64,000 bases of DNA from Raillietiella orientalis (lineage: Eukaryota). Below the pieces are notes generated by a model. That model worked only from the letters and a program-made list of their open reading frames with translations. It made no database searches and had not been told where the DNA came from. How positions within the stretch are numbered: position 1 is the stretch's first letter; each line of letters begins with the position of its first letter. The translations under genes and the position numbers were made by a program. The DNA lies in NCBI GenBank assembly GCA_036172245.1, contig JAYWIR010000012.1:3410001-3474000 (forward strand). The letters are read 5' to 3'. Shown here piece by piece: positions 1 to 18,870 of this stretch.

Positions 1-60
1 TTTTTTTTTCCCCTTCTTGATATGGCACAACTGAGAAATTACAGCAGACTTCGATTAAAA

Positions 61-66
61 TTTATT
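61..66 (-). terminator. Candidate polyadenylation signal (AATAAA) of the CoREST gene
   Basis: TTTATT on plus at 61-66, about 120 nt past the CoREST stop codon at 187-189. Confidence 0.5.
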
Positions 67-186
67 ACGAAATAGGTAACTGGAGGAAGAATGTATACAA
101 CAAATATTAAGGGAAGCTTTCATTAATAAAATTCACAATGCTGGGCAGAATCAGACATGTTTTGCAGACTGAAACTAAGTATTCTG

Positions 187-2533
187 TTATTTAATATGAG
201 AAACTAAAACTGTTTTCACTGGTGAAGCACTTGCTTTAAGTCCATTAGGTAAGGGTGAATCATTGTTTATTGTGGGAGGAGAAATGGGTGAAGATTCTGT
301 CACCCCACAAGAATTCGATTCAACAAGGAAGTCATCGGCATCATGTGATAAAATGCCATGTTCCAAATCATATTCTTGAAGAACAGTATCTAGATCGAAT
401 CGGCGTCGATAGTTAACAAAGAAGTTGCGCACATGCATTTCAGTCTTTGTTCCTATCACCTGAGCTATAGATTTGAAATCCTTGCCAAATGTTCGCATGC
501 CTGGAGGAATACATTATAATCTGTACACAATTTTCAAAGACACTGGCCCACCTTGTACAGCCATCAACATTTCATCATGGGTCCAACGTGTGGCTATTCT
601 TGATGATGCTTCCAATGGACGATAAGCATCAATTCCAACAGAAACCTGAGCACGCAGAGTACTTAGCAATTGTTTATTGCTCTGGACCTGTTAAACCTCG
701 TAGGCTGCACACGTTATGCAAACTCCTACCTGTCTCTTCAAATTGACTATTTCATCATCTAAATGCTTGAGTATAGCAGTGCTTTGACCAGCTGGGCCAC
801 TAGCTATAGAAATGAGGTCATCATGGTTTATGAACATGCCCTTAGGCGGTTTTCGAAATTTGCGCCTCTCTCTGCAATCTCGAGTACGAATTGCACCAAA
901 AGTAGGCCTTGCATGTCCTGTTTTTCTGAAGATGCACCATGGTATCCCTATGCAAAATCTGAAACACTTACTTCCAGTAATGATGGCAAGTACTGCATAA
1001 TAACCCCCGGGACGAATTTGTGAGTTGAGAACAGCTAACTCCACAGTTCTGGCAATCACTGGGGCATTCGCCCTCCTTCTGAAAACAAAAACAATGAAAT
1101 TTACTACCAATGCAGACTACAACAGAGTTAGTAACCAAGAAATGCAATTAGTAGACTGTAGAACTGATGCTATAGCTGAAATATTACCTCATTTTTAGAG
1201 GAGTTAGAGAGTGCACCATTGATCTGCCAACACATCCGGATTGGAAAAAGCCACTTCTTCAAAGAGGCAATTGTACTGTCCCACCCTCAAGTTTAACTAA
1301 AACCCCCACCACCTACCCCTTCATGTTTTTCATCACTGTCCGAACCACTGGCAGATCCTCTTTCTGGGCTCAACTCTTCTCCTTCTTCCCTTTGAGCTAA
1401 TAAGTGGCGAGCCTGCCTGTCAATCAAGGAGGCCCGGGAACGAGTCTTTTTCCAGCTGTAATAGTATTTCACAAGACTGGCAATGGATTTATCAGGCAGC
1501 TAGGAGCCTTCACATTACAAATACTATTGACTATGCAACTAACCATCTGCCTGATGCGATGAAAACTTTTGCCATGAAACTGAAATGCTTGCTCAAATAA
1601 CACTTTTTCTTCTACATTCCACTCATCTGGGAAGGGTGTGAAATTGGATAAATCAAGAATTGCTTTTTCAAGATCATGCTTGTGCCAGAATAGCATTCCT
1701 AAAGATTGCTCGGCATTGTAGCCATATTTTTCTTTTGCTAATGCCACATATTCATCCACTGAAAACATGATGTATAAAGTGCAAGCTTATGTTCAGTTTT
1801 ATCACATTACATATAAGCTGATTTTTTTCGAAATTAATTTCCAAATTAATTAATTCAGTCAAAATCTTGATACAGTTGGCGGACTTTTGTTGCATTTATA
1901 CAAACAATCGTATTTCATAATAGTTACACATCATGCAAGTTTTACATAACATGCAAGACATAGTACAAAAATTTCGAAATCTTACTTTTGGAATCAGAAA
2001 TATTAGGGCTGGGGGACCAAACCAGCAGAGCACGTTCAGTAACAAGCTCAGGTTTTCTATCTGCAGATAAAACAATTGGAAACAATTAGTTAGTTACATC
2101 CATTGAAAAAGTCGATGAAAACTCAACAAGAAAGCATGTGCTTTTCCAATAACACACATCAGCACATATAAGACTGTTACTAAATAAATTTAATGGTAGA
2201 GCAATCACCTGCTTTAGGAATCAGCAGAGGAATGGTTGCTTGGTAAGCCTTTCCTACTCTCATGCCACCATCTAGAAAAAATTCATTTTACTTAATTTAC
2301 TGTTTAAAAACTAGCACGTTAAATTCCGAATTCCTTGCACTGTTTTTGAACCTTCAGAAATCATCAAAAAACACACAGCTACCTCCTTCTCTATTAAACA
2401 CATCATCATCATTAACTTCTTTTGGGCTATCGTTATTAGAATTCACAGATGAATTTGATACACCAGTATGCAGCTGTGTTCTCCTTGTTATGATGCATTT
2501 ACCTTCCTCTACCTTGCTATCACCCAAAACCAT
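187..2533 (-). CDS. RCOR: REST corepressor (CoREST/RCOR family), spliced, about 491 aa
   Basis: GT-AG exons join in frame: 2533-2383, 2271-2209, 2060-1986, 1758-1544, 1499-1317, 1223-1188 (36-nt candidate), 1078-972, 925-730, 687-552, 500-187 (1476 nt). Motifs: ELM2 ([12 protein letters not shown]...LLVWSP...[32 protein letters not shown]), SANT1 ([48 protein letters not shown]), linker (KPPKGMFIN...LKRQVQSNKQ), SANT2 ([50 protein letters not shown]). An acceptor at 2542 implies an upstream 5' UTR exon that I could not place. Confidence 0.95.
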
Positions 2534-3775
2534 GTTTACTCCTAAAACAAGCAGCAATTAGTCAATCAACCAAAGTCCATTAATACAAATTGGAAAATAC
2601 CAGTTTCATACAATGTATTATTCTGTGCATGAATCACAGTTAAAAGCATCAGATAATTTTTAAAACAAAAGATTGCTCAAACTTAACAAGAGCTATTATA
2701 AAGCAAACAAACTGATATTCATTTATAAATATTTGTTTTCTTTATCTAAAAGCATTATTTAAAGCTACAAATCTTAAAATTTATTGAGACCTCTCAAACA
2801 TAAACGGAATTTGTTTGCAAAATCCACTCCCATGATAATAGCAGATAACTTATTTGCTTGCACAATATGTGGATGCAGTGCTCTGAACTGCAACGATTCA
2901 TCGATGCACTTCTAAATCAATTACAATTTTATGAGCAAGAATTCATTAGTAATGATGCTATCGTTTTTAAGTTTTTTAAATACCAATCTGCTTATAATTT
3001 CGGCAATTAGGAGTATCCCTTCTCCGGAGAATACAGGAAGGGCTCGTGATTATTCCATAACGTTCCCAATTTCAAAATTACAGTCGGTATACATTAGTGT
3101 AAGTATTCAATCGGGATTAACCGCTAGGTCCTTACGTATTAAAAAATAAGTGAACACGTACTTAATGTAAGGAAAAACAATAATCACACTTACTAAATAC
3201 ATGGCCACATACAAAGCCATGCCCCTAAAACTACAGGAAATTTTGATCCCATACTTTTTTTTTTTTTTTTTTTCCAAACAGATCAGTATTTGGAATATAC
3301 AGATACAAGAAAAGCGAAAATTACAAAGAAAATCACTCAAAACTATCACATTTCAAGAAGATACACTTTCGATAGTCATCAAATGAAGGAGCTGCCATCA
3401 ACTGCTGTGTTGACAAACGCTGGTGTAAATTTTCAAAAAAAAAAAAAAAAAAAAAGATTTAACTAGGCTTTTTCACGGTAGCTTTTTGTCCTTCTACAAA
3501 ACAAACCAATCAAAACAACTACATAGCATGGGCAATAACTTTTTTGAAACCCAAATTGCAATCGCACCTCATTGCAATGCTGTGCTTCTTCTAATTCCCC
3601 AATAGTTAAGGTTTAATTATTTCAAAATCCCCATCCTTTTGAATATTGTGTGTAACTCTCGAATCAAAACGTAACGCGGGGACACTACGTCATTCTCAAT
3701 CCTACGCATGCGTATAATTAAGTCATATAACTTCTTCCCATTTTGCATGAGTTCTACGATTTTTTTTTTTTTTAA

Positions 3776-3828
3776 GGGGGGGGGGGGGAAGGGGCGGGGT
3801 TGGGGGTAGGGGCAGGGATGGGGAGGGG
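3776..3828 (+). repeat. G-run cluster, potential G-quadruplex
   Basis: Eight runs of 3 or more G separated by 1-2 nt loops. A second (GGGA)n tract lies at about 4121-4163. Confidence 0.6.
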
Positions 3829-6800
3829 TTTCGAAAACTTTCACACTTCGACGGAACCACCAAAGTTTGTTTGTTTACAATAATAACATCTTATGGTATG
3901 CTATTTTCTGCCTGGCGACTACTCCCCCCCCCTTAAAAACGGACAACAATGGGGAGAGGGGGGGGACTTCCATTACAAGTAAGTCCCAAATCTTTTAATT
4001 ATATTGTATTACAAACGCAACAGAGTGCAGAGCAACATTGTAATTTGCAATGAGAAGATACACTCGACTACAAATAAAGGATAAAGGAATCGGGAATAAT
4101 TTCCTCCAAGGCTACATGTGGAGGGAGGGAGGGAGGGAGGGAGGGAAAAAGGGGGAGGGAGGGAACTCGATCGATTTGCACAAACCTCAACATAATTAAG
4201 CTGAAAGTTTTGAATCTGCAAGCCGAAAAAAATTCCGAGGAACACCCAAAGCTGCTTCGTTGTAAACGGAAAATGCGCGTATATACCATACAAATCAATT
4301 CAACGGACACCGCTTTTGCGAACCCGACCATATTCCACGGAAGCTTGGCAGTTGCAGCATCTTTCTCGAGATCGGCATTCTGATTTGGGGGAGCATGGCA
4401 TCCATAACGGAAACACAAGTAATAATAACGAACACACAAGCTGATAACTTCGAGTGGCGAAAATATTTATTTCGGCGACAAGGAACTTTCAACCGTCTCG
4501 AAACATACATGGGTGGACCGTACGTAAACAACGAATTACATACAGTTTTCCCCAAATACACGAATGCTCGTTATAATAATAAGAGGGATACGGCATCAGC
4601 CCGGGACGTTCTCAAATAAATGAAGGATGCAAGTTACATTATCGGTCGCATTGCTAATGTGCCAAAAAAATGCTGTTCCCTTCCTCAAAGGAACATGCTG
4701 CTGCATGAAAATGCAATGCCTTGCAGTTTCCTATACGTGCGCATCTTTGCATTCACGCTTGCTGATGCTGGGAACGATCCTGCAGGAACAATGAAATCGA
4801 AAACTCGAAAAATGGACGTGGTGCACCTTCGAAAGGAACCACACGCTGTGGAAACATCACTTTGTGATCCACATCCTCGCTCTGAATATCGTGGGACAAA
4901 GTGTGGCGGTGGGGGTGGTGCTCAAAGTCTTTTGCCTTTCACAGTTTTGCATAGCATGCTGGGGGGGGGGGGGAACGGACTTACTGAATCATTGAATTTC
5001 ACAAAATTCCTGGTAATGCACCAAAGATTACTACAAAAACGGGAAGGAGAAGAAAGAAAAAAAAAGGGGGGGGACAAAAAAAAAGGGGGGGGAGGAGGAA
5101 GGAAGCATTCTGTTCTGGTAAATGCCTGTTACCCGTTTACGTAATTCATGCATGAAATTATACATTAAAATACATTTGCAGAGAATACACACGAAATATC
5201 GCTAAAATCTTACAAAACCGACGCAAATCACCATATATACAATCTTCAACACTCTAAAGAATGTGCAGCAAATAACATAATCGAATTTTTTCTTTTTCCC
5301 CCCCCAAAAAAAAGACTAACAGGTTTTGAATGAATTTCATTAATTACTATTTACTTAATATTATAGGTCATTGCAGTAATCATTCTCAAGGAGAATTTGA
5401 TTTCAAATACTAAATTATCGCTGTATTGATCCTTGATTTTTAGGTCGATAAGTCATTTCTCTGAAAAAAGAACAAAAGGGGAGGGGGGGAAGGGATGAGT
5501 GAAAAGGAAATGGTAAACAAATCACTGATAATTTCTCCAGCTCTTATTAAACATCCTCATTGTTTATTCTGATACTTTTGCAGATAAGAATTCGTTTAAA
5601 TTATGGGGTAAATTACAATAACAAATTTCGACTTCCCCCAACAGATATCAAGCCATGTGTCAAACACAAATAAATTTAAAACTGGAAAATAAATACACAT
5701 TAACTTTGCAGTTACAGAATTATTTTTTTTTTTTTTTAATCAAAACTTTCATAATTTAAATTCCAACTGCAAGGATCTGAATAAAATATGGATTACAAAT
5801 GGTAAAATAAATGCAAACCACTGTCTACAAAATGCAAGTCTCATAATTCAAATGGCAATGTGAGAGGAAAGAGCAAGACATGGGTCTAAGCTACCTACAG
5901 TTCCTGTCCAACCTTAAAAGAATCCGGAAAAATCGAAAAGTTTTTTGAAATAAACATGGTTATCATTACAGTTGATCGCAATAATAAGCATGTCTCACTT
6001 CCCTAACCATGACTTCCAAATGCATGGAAGTTGGTATGAATTCTGATTTGAATTGGAAACCTGAAAACCACACATACAAATATTTAGCAGTTGAAAAAAC
6101 ATCTTAAAAAGTCATGAGTACGGGATGAAGATCATTCAGTAACCTCTGTAATGCACATAGGAACTGTATTCAAAGATGTAAGATTCCTTTGCCCAACTAA
6201 CTGGGATCTCCATGATAACTAAGCACTCATAATTGCATGCACAACTTAAAATCAACGAGACATGAGATACATAAAAAAAAAAAAATTCAATATTCACATT
6301 TTTCTACATACCTCATTTGCTTAACAATTGATTTTTGGCAAATTTCAAGAAACAGCATACACGAAACTTGACCATTCACATACGTACTCTATAAGATTCG
6401 CGGTACAAAAGATTCAAATCAAATCAATTACGCATATCAGTGAATAACACATACAAAATTTCCGTGAACTTAAATTACACAGTTAAGTATCATCCAAAGT
6501 ACGTAAAAGAAATACGCAAATCATAAAATATGCTTCTACAACTGATCACCCAAACTGTAAACTGTTAAAACTGTGTACAAACAGACAAATACAGTCCAAT
6601 AGGATTGCCAACTTTTCATGAACTGCTATCAGGTAATTTTGTCAACGTCATAAATAACTTCTAATAATTTTTTCCTATGTCGTCAAGGAGTTAAGGACAC
6701 AGAAAAAAATTCCACGGACCTGCAAACCGATAGACAATGCATGGAATGTAAAGTAAACAAAATATAATAATATAGTAGGCGTACTCCAATACTCCAGGAA

Positions 6801-9800
6801 GACTCACAGGAAATAGAAAATCATTATTCTGAGGTGTAGACAACATTCTAGTTCTTAACATTGAATCTGGAATTGTACCACTGTTTCACTAACTATCTTA
6901 AATGCATTGGACATTTCCTTTACATGTTGGACAAATAAATATATCCATATTTCTGCCCTTATGTTGAAAATTAGGAACTGATAAAGGGTAACTAAAATTT
7001 AGCCTGCCCTAATTTCTGAATTTAATTGGCAATTTTCGAAACGCGTGTTACAACTGAAGTTTGAACTGAATGGTATTATTGAATACTGAACAGATCTTTA
7101 GCTTAAATCACCAATATAAGACATGATCACCTTATTACAAGACCTCCTGTGATATAAAATTATAGGATAATTGATCACAGATAATAATTTATGATTAATT
7201 ACCTCATAACTTCATATGACAGAAGTCATAATTATCAAAGAAATATTGTTAGGGTAAGCAAATATTTTTTTTAAATTGACTGCAAGCAATTCAAGGAGAA
7301 TTCTGTAAAACTTTTTCCAACAAAATGGCCAAACTACGGTAATTGTAATCGTAGCAGATGAACACGTCATTATTTATATTCGAACAGGAGTCCTGTTATC
7401 CTTCCTTCCCGATTTCTGTCAGACTCGACCTCGTTACCAGGAATATTTAGCTATCTGCGCGGCTCCAAATGTCTTTTCTTATGGTACATCTCTCCACGAC
7501 ATCTTATTTATGAGTGTTTGATTAAATTTGAACAGTGCGATCCAGTTCTAACGAATCCCTCAAATTTTCTCACCGCTTCACACCAACGTGCACCCTCTGT
7601 GTGTCCCCCACTTGAGGAGCGAGACCATATTTAATTGCGAGCAAGTCGATATTCCGCAAAGGCAAACGTTTTCGGCATCGATGACGAAAACATCTGAATC
7701 AAAGAAAAGCAATTGAATTAACTGACTTTTTCCTGAAGGATGATTTGCATTTATCGCAGGTGGCCACTCAGTAGGAAAAAAAAATGGGTTTATGTATTTT
7801 ATTTTTTCGGTGCTGGATCTGCTGAATGCTTTCGACCAGTGATATAAAAGCTCAGAGTCAGCACCGGTTTCCCGTAGAAAGGGAATGCTTTGCACTAGAC
7901 TTTTGCACTCAGTTTGGCAGCCACTCGAAGCTTTTGTTTCATTTATGCTGCTGCCTCGCTATCACCACTTCTACATCAATCCAAATATAATATGACTTCG
8001 AAAGTTCGTTCATGCGTATGACTGAATCAGAGTTGCGTTGATTCATCTTTGCGAAAGTAACTACTATTGATGCCAGCAGTCATTTCAGTTCAACTTATTG
8101 GATCCATTCTATTAATTAAATTCCTTACATTGCGACACACACCTAGAATTTTAGATGAATACAGAGAATATAAAATTCTAGCAACCATGGATTTCGATTT
8201 TCAGCAGGGGAAGCACAACGCATCCCAACGCCCTGAAGCAGGCAGCTTCTTGTTGAAGGATGCCAAAAGAAAACGGAATGTTCCTGTAATATCGATTCGA
8301 TTTATAATAAATCAAAGGCAAAAAGTGAAGGATGACTGAAAAGAGATTTAAGCCTGAATTCACGGCTGATTCGCTTTTGATACTTTTTCATCAAATGAAT
8401 CTTCTACAGGCTTGGGATTTTGAACGATCGGATTTTGTAAATGTTTTATCCAATAAAGAGACACAACTATGTTGAAGACAGCAATGACCGTAAGGAAGAA
8501 TGAGGATTACTTTTCATATCAATTAAAAGTTCGAAGTACACTTATCCTGTCTCTGCTGCATTAATGACTTACCATGTAGCAAACCATACTAAGGGATGGA
8601 CATTACTAAGACATGAACTTTTCGTGTGTCTTTCACACTGAAACAGACTGGGATAAGGCAAAGTAGAAGATTCATTCAAATAAGGATTAGACATTGAGTT
8701 CATAGTCGCTGATTATGCAATGAAGAAGCTTTTATGATAGCTATCCATCTTCTGTTTCGTATCTAGAAAGTAATATCGTTAAATTTCGCAATTTTTACAT
8801 TGGCATAAATGAATTTGACAAATCTTAGCTACTCGTGGAACAACGGTCCTTTGCTTCAGTAAGGAGAGCTGTTTTCTCTCAGATCAGGTGAAGTGCCACA
8901 AAGAAAAATGATACAAAAAGAGTTCTACGGCTCTCAGTTTAACTCATCATACTCTTAGTTGTGGATGGACCACAACAAGGATACTTTGACTCTGTGATGA
9001 AGAGAAGGAATAAAAGTAGGGTTTGTGTTATAAGAGGGGCAGTGCTCAGTGTTTCAGTAAAGCTTGCATTTGACAGAATATTAAGCTATCTGTACACTGC
9101 GTACATATAACATGCAACAAATAATACTTGTAGTTGTATATAAGACCAATGTTAAAGAAAAGTATGGGGTTCTCGGATTCGTGAAAAAAGATCGGGAAAT
9201 TTCCGTCTTCCTTGCTCGTTGATTATGTAATGCACTCTTAAGATCTCGCAGGAAGGCATCATGGCTGCAGAATTTTCTTTTAACTCAATTAACTTCAAAA
9301 ACTGTGGGTTTTATCAGTGTGAACTGAGAACCTTAAAAATAGCTCGCACGTTTCATGGAAATGCTGAATCTTGTAAAGGAACCTGATATGGTCTAATTTT
9401 CATGTTTGTATCGTAGCAAAGTGATCAGCCAGAGGTGCATTAAATAAGCATGTGGAACTCCTGGCTTCTACCACTGTCTTCTCATAAAACGAAATTTCTT
9501 TTCACCACTTACGAATGGAGAGAAGTTTACTTCACAGGTTCTTTTCTTCTGATATCATATAGAATCTGTATACTCACATTTCACATTCCATGGAAAACAT
9601 GGTTTTCTATCAAACTGAGTTCTCAGTGTGAATAAATAAATCAAAACTTTTGTAAAAAACAATTAACATCCAAACATGGAGATTTATTTGCTCTTAAGAA
9701 TAGGATAGATGCAATAGGATTCCTAGAATGAAAAGTATAGGATTCGCAGAGAAAATCAAGTATAAATGTAGAGATACGTTGCAAGAACAGTTTGATTTTC

Positions 9801-11290
9801 TCCACAGATGCCACATTTGGAGCAGTTGACATCGTTCAGATAAATGATTCCAACATTCATGACTGACGAGATCAATAGATGTGTTTGATTTCTAAACACA
9901 ATAACAGATACCATAGAACCGATCCGTTAGAACTCCGGATAAACCAGACTATAAGCATCTTGAGTGAACCACTCTGCAACAGTTTCCGGAAGTATAAGGA
10001 GCAAAATATCCTTATTTATAATCGTGAGTTATCTGTATTGATTTTCTGTGATGACGTGAACTGGTGTACTTTTCAATGACTTTTGCAGCATCGAGGAATG
10101 ATTTTCCTCTCACTGATGGTACAAGATCAACATTCTCTGTAGAGTTTTGCCAAGGCATGCCAACTACATTTCAATGAACTCTCTGTGATCACACTGGATG
10201 CCTACAAAACTTTTTTTTTCTTTCACAGGAGGACCTAGCCATGGTACAATAAATAAGATCGTTGAGACTTTGATTTCATGTTCATTATTACAATGATTTG
10301 ACGTCGACAACTTGCACTTTAGCTTACCAAATTAACACTACCCAAAACGTAAGTGACACAAAATCTCACAAACATGCCAATGTTATGATGGTAAGTCGAC
10401 GTACCAGATGTTATTTCTCGATTCTGAAAGCTTTAAAATTTATCACCGGTTAGTTTTTTAATGAATTTGCCCGGGTTATCTGATGCTGAACAAAATTAAT
10501 TCAAAAGGTTTCAATCTTTTCACATTTCTAAGTATCGAAATGATCTCAAATTAATCAATTGGAGTGGCTGGAAATCTCAAGGTGCTTCATAAAACATGGA
10601 AATTTTTACAGGTTAATGACAAAACCACAAGAGATATGTACTTTTTTTATTAAAAGAAAAGTGATTATTATATCCAAAAGTGATTCTAACAGCTTGAGAT
10701 TAAATGTTGAAATGGGATGTGATGATAAAAATGTTATCAGAAATTGGAGTAAAAAGTTTAGAATCATCATATGATGAAGTGAGGTGTCTCAAAATATTAC
10801 TGTGAAAACCAGAGATTCGCTTAGAGGTAACATATCATTAACTTTCTTTTAGAAAGTTAGTTGTTTTTTTAATCTAATGAAAGTTAATTTATTTCTTTTA
10901 AAAGAAATAAATGACTATCATGTTTCCATGAAATATGTGGACTTCAGGTTTCTATATAATGCATTCAAAGAACCTAATATGCTTTTAAATAGCATATACC
11001 AACATTTGGAAATGAGTAAAAAAACTCTTAGATGTGCAAAATACTTTTTTTTAGGCGATACATCTGTCCGTTACTTGAACTGAATTATGTAATAAAACGG
11101 AGTGCTTCTATCAGAACTACACAATTTGTTGGTTCTGAAATGTGATAATTCGTCGCGGTTTCATTTTGGCATGCGACACTAAAATCAGCAAAATTTATGT
11201 ATCACACATAGAATAATAGAATTCGTGTCTTCACATAAGAATTAAAAACCTGTGTGGTTGTCAAAAATAATTCAACTTTTAATTCAAAAG

Positions 11291-11331
11291 CATCCAAACC
11301 ATTTGTGGGATAGCCACAAATGGTTTGGATG
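11291..11331. repeat. Perfect 18-bp inverted repeat with 5-nt spacer
   Basis: CATCCAAACCATTTGTGG-gatag-CCACAAATGGTTTGGATG read directly from the sequence. Confidence 0.95.
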
Positions 11332-13004
11332 AAGCTCGAATCTCAGCATTTGTATATATGATGCAGAATATTGTTTTATTTACTTTGAATCATTTGTTTT
11401 AAAATGCAGAGTTTTTTTTCTTCATGTGTTGCTGCAGCCGCGAATTTAATTGTGACGGGTGTCAAGCATTCCTTTCTACCTTTTACTGAGAAATACATGT
11501 ATTACCAGAAATGCCAGCAAGAAAATTGCATCGTTTGTAACATATATGAAGGCTTGTTAATTTACGCGAATTCTATTCTCCTCAAGCCATAATTTGTTAT
11601 AAAATGCATGCTACCGTAACTAACCTACATATCAACAAGCAGAAATGATGTTGCAAGTGAAAAGGCATCGATGATGTTGTGCCCGATGCCTGATAACACC
11701 TGAAGGCAATGGCAGTAATAATATCAGCACCTCGGATATATTCACCAGTTTGGAATATGGCGCTCAGTATTTCTACGAATAAGTTGTACGATGGGAGCTG
11801 AACGTTGCAAAGAATTGCAAATTCTCTGTGTGCTACAGCAATTTGTTTACTTCTAGTTGTGCTTTTGGAGAAATGCAATAAGAAATCGATCACTCGTGAT
11901 TTGGATTGGCCGTGACACAAAATCATTCTTTTCGGGACCCTGTTTTGTTTCATTTTTGTGTGGAACACGCAATCAATTAATTTTGCAGTATACGAATAGT
12001 TCATTAAACCTTGGGGTTCACTTCTGTAATATGTGCTCATGTGTACTGTTTCTGAGAGAACTACTGAATCGCCGTTAAGGCACAGACCGTGTGTTTCATC
12101 ATTGTCATGTGTAGTTGTTGGTTATCAATATTAAACTATGGAGCTGTGTTCGAAAAATAAACCCCATACAGAGGAAAATGTTTCTATCTAAACGTGTTTT
12201 TGTTTCTAACTCCTAACTATTCTAATTTCGATCAACTCATTTGAATTCAGGTGGTTACTCATACGTCATTGAGATCCCTCCAAATTACAGTAATTGTTTT
12301 GAGTTATGTACATTAATGTATATTTGATCTGTATTTTCACACGATGTTAACTTGCAGAGAAAATCCTGTCTAGGAAATTCGTTACAGGAGTGGACACATT
12401 AATGAATAGATATGTTATTCAAATCTGTTTTTGTTAGCTAACAAGACGGCATCAAACTGGCATTAAGTTTCGTGGGACGATTATTCAGAAATGTTTTAAT
12501 GATACTGTTTGAAAGTATGTAAACGAGCATTGGGTTAGTGTGATATGTGCTATCAGATTATCCGTAATTATGATTAAAATTTGTGTGATCAAGTTCCACA
12601 GAAACCTAAGTCACTTTCACACTGCAAAATGTGTAGCGTTTATTCCAGTCAAGTGCATCATGAATGAGTATTGTTTTTGAATGAGGCAATTTTTTAAATA
12701 ATGGCTCAAACAACTCTATGAAGAAACTAATTGTAACAATGTTTTTTGAAATTTGTGTTTCATATTTGTAATTAACAACACATTTAAAGTCAAGTGATGC
12801 AAAAGTTTGTTTATTCAAGGATGGATTCAGCCATATCAAAAGAATTTGTTCTGAATTTGATGTATTATAGAATTTTGCAATGTTTGTTTTAAAATTTCTT
12901 TCTCTGATTCTTCAACAATCTTGGACTAAAAGCAGTATGGAGTTGTTTACTAAACTTTCAGTTGGAACTTCCCCTTAATAAGGAATATAATTCCATATGT
13001 CATC

Positions 13005-17659
<4,655 letters not shown>

Positions 17660-18479
17660 CAGTAAGACTTTCATAAATTCCAATTTGCATTGGAACTCAT
17701 ACTGCTTTGCTGCCTTTTCATCATGCTTGTGGAAGCCCCATTTTTATAAATTGTATAGTTCCATTTGGTTCCTAGTCTAGGACATTTGTGCTCATCTATA
17801 AGGATTAATTGCTTCATTTTGCCCTAAATTTTGTACTTTAAAGAATTGTCAAGTATGATCCGAATATATGTCATTTATAAATAATGGGTTTTGAGGATTT
17901 TCAAGGGAAAATTATGAATGTTGGCGATCGGTTGAAAATTATGGAATTCTCCTGTATTATTTCTGTTGTATGGCTAGTTAATCCATTTATTAACACAGTT
18001 CACGATTAATGTGGTATACTTTACATTTATTTAAACACTACAGTAATTTGCCGAAGCTACTTTACCATAGGAAGTGTGTAAATGTTTCGGTTGTTGTTGA
18101 AGTGTTTGTAGGTTTTTAAAACATCCGGGAGTACGGAGCGATGCATTGAAAAGACAAACTGTTGACCTCCGAAACTCTTGGTGTCAACCGGCCTGTACGT
18201 GTGAAGAAATTACCAATAAAGGCAATTGCCTGGCTTTATTGGCTGGTGCCTTTGAAAAATAAAATAAAATAAAATGAAAAAGCGAATACAAGGAACATTT
18301 GTGTACTTTGACACTCTGTGCATTAATTTTCCGTATGAAGAGATGCCGTGCTTTTGTGTTTGGCGCTGGACGTAACGAACAGGTGCTAAAAACCAAAATG
18401 CAAACTGAAATTTCGGGCATTCCTTATTTTAAGCTGCATGCAAGGTGGATACTTGAGGGACAAAAACAGCATCCCTCTG

Positions 18480-18870
18480 AATTTACACCTTCCTGCTTGC
18501 CTGTGGATAAGTTTTCCTCAGAATACTGTTTATCCGGATCCACATAGCGGTTGTGTGGCTGAGTTGTATCATTTCGTGCAAACGGCCCAATGATCCGTGT
18601 GATGGCGTAACTGCTTTTAGACAATGACGTCATTTCGGAAATCGTTGTTAAAATGGACAAAATGCCATGGCATCTTCGGTAGTCGCTGTCATCTGTTTTG
18701 CCGAATTTATGCGCGCCGCCTAGGAAGTCGTCTGTACAAATGTAGTGTTTTGTTACCAGCGTTCTAATACCTAATGTAGAGTAATACAGTGGAGTGGCAG
18801 GCCGTATTTACAGTGATGTTTTTGTAAAAAAAAAAAAAAAAAAAATTTACACACCGGAAGTTTTTGAGAC
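18480..18870 (+). promoter_or_regulatory. Candidate promoter of the Rel/dorsal gene
   Basis: Local CpG-rich patch between the ena 3' end and the Rel ATG, with a CRE palindrome ATGACGTCAT (18624-18633) and an ETS-like ACCGGAAGT (18852-18860). Motif matches only. Confidence 0.35.

Noticed and set aside
11597..12040. 147-aa minus-strand ORF upstream of ena
   Set aside because: Non-ATG start and no domain; it overlaps the probable ena promoter/5' UTR.
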